A DNA stretch of 64,000 nt from Gaiellaceae bacterium (GCA_035296905.1 DATHAA010000007.1:32415-96414); one strand, 5' to 3'. Numbered from the stretch's first letter, positions 17,914 through 27,186 are shown. The notes: generated by a model from the sequence alone, not told the origin. Numbers and translations are program-made.

Positions 17914-18294
17914 TCATCCCCGCTCAACAAGTTCAACACGGTAGCCGTCCGGGTCGCGGACAAAACAGATGCGCGAGCCGCCCTCACGAACTGTGTACGG
18001 AGGCCGCTCCGGCGCGATGCCCTTCTTTTCCAACTGGCCGAGTGCTTCGTCGAGGTCGTCGACCGTCACGGCTATGTGTCCGTAGCCGGTGCCAATTTCG
18101 TATCCGGCCTCGGGTGTCTCAAAGTTGTACGTAAGCTCGAGCTCTGGGCCGTCCCGGCCCGGGACGCCGAGAAAATAGTTGACGGCTTCGTCGCGGATCG
18201 GGAGCTCGCGCCGTTTCTGGAAGCCGAGTGCCTCGTAAAAGGCGATCGACGCGTCCGGGTCAGTGACGCGGTAGCAGGTGTGGATCAGCTCCAC
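17914..18294 (-). CDS. gloA: Lactoylglutathione lyase (glyoxalase I), VOC superfamily
   Basis: MELIHTCYRVTDPDASIAFYEALGF...LELTYN...GYGHIAV...FVRDPDGYRVELVERG; 126 aa, typical small GloA. Confidence 0.85.
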   Translation of the reverse strand: MELIHTCYRVTDPDASIAFYEALGFQKRRELPIRDEAVNYFLGVPGRDGPELELTYNFETPEAGYEIGTGYGHIAVTVDDLDEALGQLEKKGIAPERPPYTVREGGSRICFVRDPDGYRVELVERG

Positions 18295-18802
18295 GTGCCG
18301 AGCGTACTACGAACGACTCCTGACGCGAGAAGAATTGGCGGCTCCCAACGTAGCGTCACCGGCTCTCGCCCTCTTCGCAAGAACAGCGAGCGCCTACACG
18401 GTAAGGAAGGGCTCGACGGTGCGAGTCCGTCAGAGGGCTTGCCGAACCCGCCGCAGATGGCGGGTGCGGGCGCTCCTCCTCAGCGGTGCTCAGCCAACCT
18501 TCCTACGTGTCGAGCTCGGTGGCGGGCACGGTGAGACGTCGACCGTATCCGAGGAGGCGCTCTGGTGGCCGCCAGGCAAGATCGTTGGCCACTACCTGAG
18601 CCCCTTCCTCGCCAGCCTCGGCATCGCCGAGGTTCATGATGAGGACGAGGACGTCCTCCGCGTCGAGATCGATGCGGCCACTGCGCATGAGCGCCGACTC
18701 GTAGGCGCAATCCGTACTAGCCCGAGGAGCAAGACGGCGTTTTCCCCGACGACGCCCGTACGCGCTGGCGCCACCCTATAGACGAAGCGAAAGGAGCACA
18801 CT

Positions 18803-19210
18803 GTGAAGACGGAATTCGCAGCGGAAACGCCCGTCAGCCTCGTCATGACGAGAGATTTCCTCACCGCCGAGCCGTGGGACACGCTCGGCGAAACGGCTGA
18901 AAGAATGACCCAGTCGGCCTACGGCTCGGCGCTCGTGATCGACGCAGGGCAACTCGTTGGCATCCTTACCTCACGCGACCTCGTGCGTGCAATGGCGGGT
19001 CGGACACACTCGAGCGAGGCGCGCGTGCGCGAGTGGATGACGTCGAACCCGCGCGTTGCTCGTCCCGAGACAGCCGCCGAGGAGGCCGGACTAATCATGG
19101 TCGAACAGGGCTGCCATCACCTGCCGGTCGTGGACGAGAACGGCCGGCCACTCGGCCTCGTGGGAATGCGGGCCGTCGTCTCCGAGACATTCGAGCCGGT
19201 CCTCGATTAG
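18803..19210 (+). CDS. CBS-pair domain protein
   Basis: Two CBS motifs (VMTRDFLTAEP...GSALVIDAGQLVGILTSRDL, and MTSNPRVARPET...HHLPVVDENGRPLGLVGMRAV). GTG start preceded by AAAGGAG. Confidence 0.85.
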   Translation: MKTEFAAETPVSLVMTRDFLTAEPWDTLGETAERMTQSAYGSALVIDAGQLVGILTSRDLVRAMAGRTHSSEARVREWMTSNPRVARPETAAEEAGLIMVEQGCHHLPVVDENGRPLGLVGMRAVVSETFEPVLD

Positions 19211-19213
19211 ACC

Positions 19214-19558
19214 TCAGAGGCCACTGGCTTCGTCACCGGAGTCGGCGAAAGCAGTACGGCTCGCGACGAGCGTCAGAGCCCTATCCGGCACACGCCCGGG
19301 GTCGCCTACCGCGGCCAGAGCTGATTCATGCTGTCGAGCGGGCCTATCGGAAACCTGTAGCTGCTCGAGCTCGTAGGAGTCGACGCCGAAGCTGTACGTG
19401 AGCTGCAGGCGGTCGCCGTCCGCGGGCAGGCCCATGAAGATGTTGATCGCCTCGTCGCGAATCGGAAGCTCGCGGCGCTTCTCGAACCCGAGCGCCTCTT
19501 AGAACGTGACCGAGCGGCCGGGGTCGGTGATTCGGTAGCAGGTGTGGATCAATTCCAT
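19214..19558 (-). pseudogene. Glyoxalase I paralog inactivated by an in-frame TAA and loss of C-terminal similarity
   Basis: The minus strand reads MELIHTCYRITDPGRSVTF*EALGFEKRRELPIRDEAINIFMGLPADGDRLQLTYSFGVDSYE, with the stop at 19499..19501. Beyond about codon 70 the sequence no longer resembles GloA. Confidence 0.8.
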
Positions 19559-19662
19559 GGCGCGAGCCTAACGCACGCAGCCTGCTCGCCCGGCCGCCGG
19601 CAAAGACCCGTCCACGCCCGCCCTGCGTATGCGTGGGCAAACCTCGAGGGAAGGGAGACGGG

Positions 19663-20148
19663 ATGAAGAGGCTCTTCGCAATCCTGGCCGCGGTCGTCGT
19701 CTTGGCCGCAATCGGAGTGACGGCAGCGATCTCGAGCGGGGACGGGCGCACAGTCCTCAAGTTCGACACGATGGCGCCGGTGGTGCCGCCCTACACGGGC
19801 GCGACAAACCCGATCCGGGGCGTGCACGGCGGTGGGGTGCCGTGGAAGCTCGAGTCCGCGCAGGGGAGGCTGCGCGCCGACGGACGCCTCGACATCGAGG
19901 TAGAGGGCCTCGTGCTCGTCTCCACGGGCGCGAACCCATCGCCGACGTTCAAGGGAGTCGTGAGCTGCCTCTCCTCCAATGCCGCAGGCGAGCCGACGAC
20001 AGTAAACGTGGCCACGGATCCGGTGCCGGCGACGATGACCGGAAACGCCGAGATCGACGCGAAGGTGGCGCTGCCGTCTCCGTGCTTCGCCCCGATCGTC
20101 TTCGTGACGTCGGGCGGCGGCAACTGGTTCGCGGTCACCGGCCGCTGA
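19663..20148 (+). CDS. Secreted hypothetical protein
   Basis: MKRLFAILAAVVVLAAIGVTAA signal/anchor. SD-like AAGGGAG upstream of the ATG at 19663. Two Cys residues. No family recognised. Confidence 0.6.
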   Translation: MKRLFAILAAVVVLAAIGVTAAISSGDGRTVLKFDTMAPVVPPYTGATNPIRGVHGGGVPWKLESAQGRLRADGRLDIEVEGLVLVSTGANPSPTFKGVVSCLSSNAAGEPTTVNVATDPVPATMTGNAEIDAKVALPSPCFAPIVFVTSGGGNWFAVTGR

Positions 20149-20162
20149 GCGGCTGAGACCGC

Positions 20163-21080
20163 CTATGCGCGTGGGGTCGCCGGGGCGGGCTCGTCCCGGC
20201 GACCCCGCACGACCTTGAAGACGCCGGAGCCGAGCGCCACCCCGGCGAGGATGAGCACGAGGCCGAGCGCCGCGTTCAGGTGGACCTGCTCGTCGAGGAG
20301 CGTGACGCCGTAAAAGAGCGCCATCGGCGGCAGGAGATAGGTAACGAGCGACGTGCGCGACGAGCCGTACGTGTTCAGCATCCGATAGAGGACGAGCGTG
20401 GCGAACGCGGTGCCGATGAGGCCGAGAGCCGCGACGGACGCGAGTGCCTTCCAGCCTGGCATCTGGTCGGGAAGCTGGAACAGCGAGACCGGGATCAGCA
20501 GGATCATTCCCCAGAAGGTGGTCGTGGCGGCCACGACGAGCGGCTCGGTGCTCCCGAACCGCGCCGGCGCGTAGAGGTTTGCGCACGCATAGGAGAACGA
20601 GGCGATGACCACGGCGAGCGTGCCGGCGATGGCCCACCAACCGCCGTCGGGATTGAGCCCGGTGAGGACGCCGACGCCGACGAGCCCGAGGATGACCCCG
20701 AAGAGACGCATGCCGGTCACGCGCTCGCTCGGGCGGAAGCGAATGGCGAGGAGCGCGACGAAGATCGGCACCGTCGAGTTCGCGATCGCGGCCACGCCTG
20801 AGTCCACGTGCTTCTCGCCCCAGGCGATGAGCGTGAACGGGATGGCCATGTTGATGAGGCCGAGCAGCAGGCCCCCGCCCCCGGTGCCACGGATCGCCGA
20901 GACCGCGCCGCGAAAGCCAGAGGCGTAGGCGAGCACGGGAAAGAGCGCGGCGAAGGCGAGGATCAGCCGCAGGCACATCATCGGAGCGGGCTCGAGGTCC
21001 TCGACGGCGACCTTGATGAAGAGGTAGGACGCGCCCCAGGAGGCGGCCAGGATCCCGAGCATGAGGACATAGCCGCGCAT
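20163..21080 (-). CDS. EamA/DMT-family transporter
   Basis: 10-TM pattern in two duplicated halves. The N-terminus LGILAASWGASYLFIKV is typical of EamA. Confidence 0.85.
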   Translation of the reverse strand: MRGYVLMLGILAASWGASYLFIKVAVEDLEPAPMMCLRLILAFAALFPVLAYASGFRGAVSAIRGTGGGGLLLGLINMAIPFTLIAWGEKHVDSGVAAIANSTVPIFVALLAIRFRPSERVTGMRLFGVILGLVGVGVLTGLNPDGGWWAIAGTLAVVIASFSYACANLYAPARFGSTEPLVVAATTTFWGMILLIPVSLFQLPDQMPGWKALASVAALGLIGTAFATLVLYRMLNTYGSSRTSLVTYLLPPMALFYGVTLLDEQVHLNAALGLVLILAGVALGSGVFKVVRGRRDEPAPATPRA

Positions 21081-21148
21081 GCTTAGAACCTAAACGACGA
21101 AGATCCCTCCTCGCCTTCCGCTCGACTCGATATGGTTGGCGAGGCCTC

Positions 21149-23236
21149 TTGAGCTCCGTTGCTCACCGCCCATTGCATCGCGCGCTCGGCCTCACGGACG
21201 GGGAGTTCGACCGTATTGAGACACTGCTCGCGCGCGGGCCGAACGACTTCGAGCTCGCCGTCTTCTCGCTTCTCTGGTCGGAGCACTGCGGCTACAAGCA
21301 CTCGGCGCTCCTGCTCAAGCGCTTCCCCACGGAAGGCGCGGGAGTACTGCAGGGGCCGGGCGAGAACGCGGGCGTCGTCGACCTCGGCGAGGGCGAGGCA
21401 GTCGCGTTCAAGGTCGAGAGCCACAACCACCCGTCTGCGGTCGAGCCCTTCCAGGGCGCGGCGACGGGGGTCGGTGGGATCCTCCGCGACATCGTCGCCA
21501 TGGGCGCCCGCCCGATCGCGCTCCTCGACGGCCTGCGCTTCGGCAAGCCGGGCTTCGAGTTCGGCCGCGCGGTCGGCGGCATCGGCCACTACGGGAACTG
21601 CGTCGGCGTCCCCACCGTCGGCGGCGACACGGTCTTCGACGACGCCTACGCGTCGAACCCGCTCGTCAATGCGATGTGCATCGGGCTCCTCCCGACCGAC
21701 CGCGTGACGCGCGCCGAGGCCGGCGGTGCCGGGAACCACGTCATCCTCTTCGGCGCGACCACGGGGCGGGACGGGATTGGCGGCGCGAGCGTCCTCGCGA
21801 GCCAGGAGCTTTCCGACGAGGACGAGGACAAGCGCCCGTCCGTCCAGGTCGGCGATCCGTTCACGGGCAAGAAGCTCATCGAGGCGAGTCTCGCGCTCGT
21901 CGAGGGCGGCCTCGTCCAGTCGCTGCAAGACCTCGGAGCGGCGGGCCTCGCGTCCTCCCTCTCCGAGATGGCGAGGGGCGGCGTCGGCCTCGACGTCCAC
22001 CTCGACCGCGTGCCCCTTCGCGAGGCCGACATGGAGCCCGTCGAGATCATGATTTCGGAAAGCCAGGAGCGGATGGTCTGCGTCACGGACCAGCCGGATG
22101 CGGTCGCGGCTGTCTGCGCGCGCTGGGAGCTCGAGGTTGCCGATATCGGCGTCGTCACGGCCTCCGGGGCTCTGCGCATGTTCTGGGACGACGAGGTCGT
22201 CGGCGAGATCCCGGCTGAGCTCCTCACGGAGGAGACGCCGCGCTACCGGGTCGCAACGCGGCCGCGCACGCTGCAGGCGCCGATCTCTCACCGCCCGATC
22301 AAGCCCGAGCCCGCCGAGCTCGTCGATCTGCTCCGGACGCCGGGTCTGAGGAGCCGTGTCTCGGTCTACCGCCGCTACGACCAGCTTGTCGGGTCGCGGA
22401 CGGTTCGCCGACCCGGGCTCGACGCGGCCGTGCTGCGGCTGCGCCCCTCCCACCGCGGGCTCGCGGTCTCCCTGGACGGCTCGGGGAGGATCGCGTCGCT
22501 CGATCCGCAGACCGGCGGGATGCTCGCCGTGCTCGAGGCGGCCCGCAACGTCGCGTGCGCCGGCGGGAAGCCGCTCGCGCTCACCGACTGCCTCAACTTC
22601 GGCAACCCCGAAAAGCCGGAGATCGCCTGGGAGCTGACCGAGGCGATCGAGGGCATGTCGCTCGCCTGCGAGGCGCTCGGCATTCCCGTGGCCTCCGGCA
22701 ACGTCTCGCTCTACAACGAGACGGACGGCACGGCGATCCACCCCACCCCAGTCGTCGGCTGCGTCGGGCTCGTTCCCGACGTACGGCTCGTCCCCGCGGG
22801 CTGGCGGGAGGGCGATGCGATCTACGTGGTCGGCGCACCGGAGCTCGCGCTCGACGGCTCCGAGTACCAGGCGCGCTTCCTCGGCGGCCCGGCCGGCCGG
22901 CCTCCGCGCCCCCACCTTGGCGCCGAGGCGGCGCTCGTCCGCTTCCTCTGGCGCGCGGCCCCGACGCTCACCGCCTCCCACGACGTCTCCGAAGGAGGGC
23001 TGGCGATCGCGCTCGCCGAGCTCGCGCTCTGGTCGGGGACCGGCGCACGGATCGAGCTCGAGGACGACGCCGTCGTCTGGTTCGGGGAGGGTGGAGGCCA
23101 GGCGGTCGTGGCCTGCCGAGGCGACGACGAATCCGCGCTCGAGGGCATGCCCTACTGCCGCATCGGCGAGGCGGGCGGCTCAAAGATCTTCGGCGTCGAG
23201 CTCGAAGACCTCGCTCGAGCAGGTGACTACGCCTGA
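21149..23236 (+). CDS. purL: FGAM synthase II (large subunit PurL)
   Basis: HRALGLTDGEFDRI, EHCGYKH, ESHNHPSAVEPFQGAATGVGGILRD; 695 aa; TTG start. Confidence 0.93.
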   Translation: MSSVAHRPLHRALGLTDGEFDRIETLLARGPNDFELAVFSLLWSEHCGYKHSALLLKRFPTEGAGVLQGPGENAGVVDLGEGEAVAFKVESHNHPSAVEPFQGAATGVGGILRDIVAMGARPIALLDGLRFGKPGFEFGRAVGGIGHYGNCVGVPTVGGDTVFDDAYASNPLVNAMCIGLLPTDRVTRAEAGGAGNHVILFGATTGRDGIGGASVLASQELSDEDEDKRPSVQVGDPFTGKKLIEASLALVEGGLVQSLQDLGAAGLASSLSEMARGGVGLDVHLDRVPLREADMEPVEIMISESQERMVCVTDQPDAVAAVCARWELEVADIGVVTASGALRMFWDDEVVGEIPAELLTEETPRYRVATRPRTLQAPISHRPIKPEPAELVDLLRTPGLRSRVSVYRRYDQLVGSRTVRRPGLDAAVLRLRPSHRGLAVSLDGSGRIASLDPQTGGMLAVLEAARNVACAGGKPLALTDCLNFGNPEKPEIAWELTEAIEGMSLACEALGIPVASGNVSLYNETDGTAIHPTPVVGCVGLVPDVRLVPAGWREGDAIYVVGAPELALDGSEYQARFLGGPAGRPPRPHLGAEAALVRFLWRAAPTLTASHDVSEGGLAIALAELALWSGTGARIELEDDAVVWFGEGGGQAVVACRGDDESALEGMPYCRIGEAGGSKIFGVELEDLARAGDYA

Positions 23237-24699
23237 TGTGCGGGATCTTCGGCATCCACGCTCCCGACCGCGACGTCGCGCGCCTCACGTACTTCGGGCT
23301 CTTCGCTCTGCAGCACCGCGGCCAGGAGTCCGCCGGGATCGCGGTCTCGGACGAGGGCCGCGTCACCGCTCTTCGCGACATGGGCCTCGTCACCCAGGTC
23401 TTCAGCGAGCAGAAGCTCCGCGGGCTCACCGGCCAGGTCGCGGTCGGCCACGCGCGCTACTCCACCACCGGCTCCACACACTGGGCAAACGCACAGCCGA
23501 TCATCCAGCAGGGCCGGGCGCGAACCGTGGCTCTTGGCCACAACGGCAACCTCACGAACACGAGCGAGCTCCGGGCCGGGCTGCTCGCCGAGGGCGCGCG
23601 CCTGCGCTCGACCTCCGACACCGAGGTGATCGCGGCGCTGATCGCCCGCGACGAGCGGCCGCTCGAGGAGGCCGTTGCCGGCGCGATGGGCAAGATCGAG
23701 GGCGCGTTCGCCGCCGTCCTCCTCGCCGAGGGGAAGCTCGTCGGCTTCCGCGACCCGCAGGGGATTCGCCCGCTCGTCCTAGGGAGGCTCGAGGACGACT
23801 GGCTCCTTGCCTCCGAGACCTGCGCCTTCGACCTCCTCGGCGCCGAGATGGAGCGGGAGCTCGCTCCGGGCGAGATGGTCGTCGTGGACGAGAACGGGTA
23901 TGAGGCGCGCCAGGCCGTCGCGCCGGACGGCGCGGGCTCCCTCTGCATCTTCGAGTTCATCTACTTCGCCCGGCCCGACACGAAGCTTCGCGGCGTCGAG
24001 CTCCACGGAGCCCGCGTGCGGATGGGCGAGCAGCTGGCCGTCGAGGCGCCGGCCGAGGCCGACCTGGTCATGGCCGTCCCTGACTCCGGCACGCCGGCGG
24101 CGATCGGCTTCGCGCGCGCAAGCGGGATCCCCTTCGCCGAGGGCCTGATCAAGAACCGCTACGTCGGGCGCACGTTCATCCAGCCCGACCAGGCGCTCCG
24201 TGAGCACGGGATCAAGACGAAGTTCAACCCGCTCGCCGAGGTTTCGGGGAAACGCGTCGTGGTCGTAGACGACTCGATCGTTCGCGGCACGACGACGCGC
24301 AAGATCGTCGCGATGCTCTTCGAGGAGGGCGCGCTCGAGGTCCACCTGCGTATCTCCTCCCCGCCCATCGTCTCGCCGTGCTTCTACGGGATCGACATGG
24401 CCGACGAGGACGAGCTGATCGCCGGCAACCGCTCGGTCGAGGAAGTGCGGGAGCAGCTCGGCGCGACGAGCCTCGCCTACCTCTCCCTGGAAGGCCTGCA
24501 GGATTCGACCCGCAGGCCCGAGGGCACGTTCTGCCGCGCCTGCCTGACGAGGGAGTACCCGACGCGGATCCCGGATGACTTGAAGCTGGCAAAGCTTCGC
24601 TTCGAGGGTCAGGCCGCCGCGGGCTCCGAGCGGAGCCTGGCGAACCCGACGAAGACGAACATGCTGGCCGCCAGCGGTACGAGCCCCAAAGCCCCGTAG
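23236..24699 (+). CDS. purF: Amidophosphoribosyltransferase
   Basis: N-terminal MCGIFGI (Ntn Cys), the PRPP loop VVVVDDSIVRGTT, and C-terminal Cys residues consistent with a 4Fe-4S type. The 3' end overlaps the convergent MFS gene by about 90 nt. Confidence 0.93.
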   Translation: MCGIFGIHAPDRDVARLTYFGLFALQHRGQESAGIAVSDEGRVTALRDMGLVTQVFSEQKLRGLTGQVAVGHARYSTTGSTHWANAQPIIQQGRARTVALGHNGNLTNTSELRAGLLAEGARLRSTSDTEVIAALIARDERPLEEAVAGAMGKIEGAFAAVLLAEGKLVGFRDPQGIRPLVLGRLEDDWLLASETCAFDLLGAEMERELAPGEMVVVDENGYEARQAVAPDGAGSLCIFEFIYFARPDTKLRGVELHGARVRMGEQLAVEAPAEADLVMAVPDSGTPAAIGFARASGIPFAEGLIKNRYVGRTFIQPDQALREHGIKTKFNPLAEVSGKRVVVVDDSIVRGTTTRKIVAMLFEEGALEVHLRISSPPIVSPCFYGIDMADEDELIAGNRSVEEVREQLGATSLAYLSLEGLQDSTRRPEGTFCRACLTREYPTRIPDDLKLAKLRFEGQAAAGSERSLANPTKTNMLAASGTSPKAP

Positions 24700-25706
24700 C
24701 CGAACGCCTCGGCGACTCCCCCGCCGATGGCCGGCCCCACGAGGTAGCCGACCGCCCAGATCTGCGACCAGACGACCATCGCCAGCAAGATGCGGTCGAC
24801 TCCGATTGATTCCAGGAGGACGCCGAGGGAGCCCGCCTCGCCCGCCCCGACGCCGAGCCCGAACACGACCGCGACGACGACCCAGAGGCCGATCATCTCC
24901 GTGGCCCCGCCGAGGGCGATCGAGAACGTCATGAGCACTGTCGCCACGGCGAGTATGGGCCTCGGCGCCTGGCGGCCGGCGAGCGCGGCCGCTCCCGAGG
25001 AGATGAGCGCAGCGAGGACGTAGAGCGCCGCGATCTCGGCCTGGCTCAGGTGCTCGGCGAAGTGGAGCGGCATCGGGCCGTCGAACGTCCCGAGGGTCAG
25101 CGCCACCATGAGGATCCCTGCCGAGGCAAGCCAGAAGCCCGGAGTTCTGAGCGCGGCCCGGTCCGAGCCGAACTTGGCCGTGTTCTTGGGAGCGCCGATC
25201 CCCACGAGAGCCAGGGTCAGCACCGTCACGAGCACGAGGTGGATGGCGAACGGCGCGCTGATGCCTCCGATTCCGCCGATCGCCGGGCCCGCGATCGCGC
25301 CGAGCCCGTAGGCGGCCAGGATCCCCGTCAGCCGCTTGTACTCCTCGCCGGGATACCGCTCGATGATCGCGAACGCCGTCCCGATCCAGAGGCCGCCCGC
25401 GCCGATCCCCTGCACGAGCCTGGCCGGGAAGTAGACGCCGAGACTCTCGCCGAAGACGAAGCCGAGGTCGCCGACGATCACGAGGGCGAGCGAGACGAAC
25501 AGAACCGCGAGGGCGTGCCGTCGCTGCAGCACGCGAGCGGCGAGCGGGTAGCCGACCATCTGGCCCACGGCGAAGGACGCGACCAGGGCGCCCATGAGCC
25601 CCGGCCCGGCGCCGGTCGCATCCCCGATCTCGGGAACGACGGGCGCAATGATGCTGTAGCCCGCGGAGTCGAGCGCCGCGAGCGCGAAGAGGACGGCGAA
25701 CGGCAA
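24609..25706 (-). CDS. MFS transporter
   Basis: 365 aa with about 11-12 hydrophobic helices. Last gene of the aminotransferase/ALDH operon. Confidence 0.8.
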   Translation of the reverse strand: MPFAVLFALAALDSAGYSIIAPVVPEIGDATGAGPGLMGALVASFAVGQMVGYPLAARVLQRRHALAVLFVSLALVIVGDLGFVFGESLGVYFPARLVQGIGAGGLWIGTAFAIIERYPGEEYKRLTGILAAYGLGAIAGPAIGGIGGISAPFAIHLVLVTVLTLALVGIGAPKNTAKFGSDRAALRTPGFWLASAGILMVALTLGTFDGPMPLHFAEHLSQAEIAALYVLAALISSGAAALAGRQAPRPILAVATVLMTFSIALGGATEMIGLWVVVAVVFGLGVGAGEAGSLGVLLESIGVDRILLAMVVWSQIWAVGYLVGPAIGGGVAEAFGYGALGLVPLAASMFVFVGFARLRSEPAAA

Positions 25707-25724
25707 GGACTAGTGGACCACTAA

Positions 25725-27185
25725 CTAGTCGAGGCTGCCGACGTCGAGCACGACCGTCCTCAGGTCGGTCATGTCGAGCATCGTGTACCGCCCGCCGATG
25801 CGCCCCCAGCCGGTGCGCGTGCCGGCGGCGCCGCCGAACGGCTCGTGCGCCTCCCAGTAGTCGGTCGAGTCGTTGACGACGACGTTGCCGACGCGCAGGT
25901 TGTCGAGGTAGCGGAATGCGCGCTGGAGGCTCGACGTGTAGACGGCCGCCTGGAGGCCGAGGTGCGAGTCGTTCGCAACGGCGAGCGCTTCATCATCGTC
26001 CGCGACACCGATGATCGGGACGATCGGCCCGAACGTCTCGTCGCGGTTGATGAGCGTGTCGGTGCCGACGCGGTCGATCACGGTCGGCTGGTAGTAGAGG
26101 CTCGTCGGCCGGCCTTCGTCCCGCGAGCCGCCGACGACCACCTCGGCGCCTTTGGAGACAGCGTCCTCGAGATGAGCGTCCATCTTCTGCGCGGTCGGCT
26201 CGTTGTTCATCGGGCCGACGAGGGTCTCGTCGTCGAAAGGGTCGCCGAGCTTCCAGCCCTCGGCCTCCTTCACGACCGCGGCGAGGAAGTCCTCGTGGAC
26301 GCGCTCGTCGACGAGGACGCGCTCGGTGGCGCAGCAGACCTGGCCGGCGCAGAAGAAGCCGCCGAAGACCGCGCCCTTCGCGGCGGCCTCGAGGTCGGCG
26401 TCGGCACAGACGACCACGGGCCCGTTACCACTCGCCTCGATCAGGGAGCGCTTGAGCCCCGCGGCGCGGACGATCTTCTCCGCGGTCGTGTGCGAGCCGA
26501 CGAACCCGACGCAGTCCACGTTCTCGTCCTGGATGAGCCGCTCGCCCACCTTGCCGTCGCCGTAGACGACGTTCACGACACCTTCGGGGAGCCCGGCATC
26601 GGCCATGATCTGCATGAAGTTCGCCATGGCGATCGGCGTCCACTCGGAGGGCTTCATGACGATCGCGTTCCCCGCAGCGATTCCGGGCGCGATCAGCTCG
26701 ACCGGGATCAGCGTCGGGAAGTTCCACGGGGTGATGCCCGCGTAGACACCGTTCGGCTTGCGGAAGGTGAGGATGCGCTTGTTCACGTCCTGCGAGGGGA
26801 TGACGGCGGTCTCCATCCGCTTCACGTCCTCGGCGGCGATGCGGAAGTTCTCCGCGGTCTCCTCGATGTCGGGGATGGCCTCGGCCGTGTAGGGCTTGCC
26901 CTGCTCGAGCGAGAGCTCGCGTGCGAAGTCCTCCTTGCGCTCCTCGATCAGGTCGGCGATGGCGTGGCAGACCTTCGCGCGGTCCCACGCGGAGAGCGCC
27001 GCCCACTTCGGCTGGGCCTCGCGCGCCGCTTTCGCGGCCCGCTTAACGTCTTCCTCGCTCGCGTTCGGCGCGTCGGCGAGCTTCTCGCCCGTCACCGGGG
27101 AGACGATCTCCCGCGCCTCGTCTCCCGTCGCCTCGACCCAGTCGCCGGCGACGAAGTTCTGCAGCCTCTTTACAGCCGTTGCCAT
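25725..27185 (-). CDS. NAD(P)-dependent aldehyde dehydrogenase
   Basis: ITPWNFP, catalytic region FFCAGQVCCATERV and EASGNGP (the ELGGK-equivalent); 486 aa. Confidence 0.9.
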   Translation of the reverse strand: MATAVKRLQNFVAGDWVEATGDEAREIVSPVTGEKLADAPNASEEDVKRAAKAAREAQPKWAALSAWDRAKVCHAIADLIEERKEDFARELSLEQGKPYTAEAIPDIEETAENFRIAAEDVKRMETAVIPSQDVNKRILTFRKPNGVYAGITPWNFPTLIPVELIAPGIAAGNAIVMKPSEWTPIAMANFMQIMADAGLPEGVVNVVYGDGKVGERLIQDENVDCVGFVGSHTTAEKIVRAAGLKRSLIEASGNGPVVVCADADLEAAAKGAVFGGFFCAGQVCCATERVLVDERVHEDFLAAVVKEAEGWKLGDPFDDETLVGPMNNEPTAQKMDAHLEDAVSKGAEVVVGGSRDEGRPTSLYYQPTVIDRVGTDTLINRDETFGPIVPIIGVADDDEALAVANDSHLGLQAAVYTSSLQRAFRYLDNLRVGNVVVNDSTDYWEAHEPFGGAAGTRTGWGRIGGRYTMLDMTDLRTVVLDVGSLD

Positions 27186-27186
27186 G

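Noticed and set aside
8209-17940. Whether the repeated cgctcgatcagctcgacccggtagcc cores form a CRISPR array
   Set aside because: Unit spacing is irregular (about 45-80 nt within loci, kilobases between loci). The intervening sequences are themselves repeated between loci, the units are not palindromic, and no cas genes are present.
18503-18688. A 61-aa minus-strand ORF (MRSGRIDLDAEDVLVLIMNLGDAEAGEEG...) between gloA and the CBS-pair gene
   Set aside because: Codon usage looks coding-like. But there is no SD, no recognisable family, and the frame is closed only 29 codons upstream. It may be another gene remnant, but there is not enough support to call it.
19549-20976. A 475-aa minus-strand ORF. 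Similar very long ORFs occur at 21083-22981 (-), 36156-37610 (-), 45225-46484 (-), 46343-48991 (-), 28542-30230 (+), 42287-43903 (+, first 430 codons), 43543-44970 (-), 39397-40959 (+) and 13467-14972 (-).
   Set aside because: They lie antisense to, or out of frame with, genes that have clear family motifs. They have extreme Arg/Pro/Gly/Ala composition and no recognisable domains. These are typical shadow ORFs of roughly 70% GC DNA.
24609-24699. The 91-nt convergent overlap of the purF and MFS 3' ends, as a possible mis-annotation or frameshift
   Set aside because: Both reading frames are continuous to their stops, with plausible C-termini. No earlier stop or frame change is evident. It is most likely a genuine tail-to-tail overlap.
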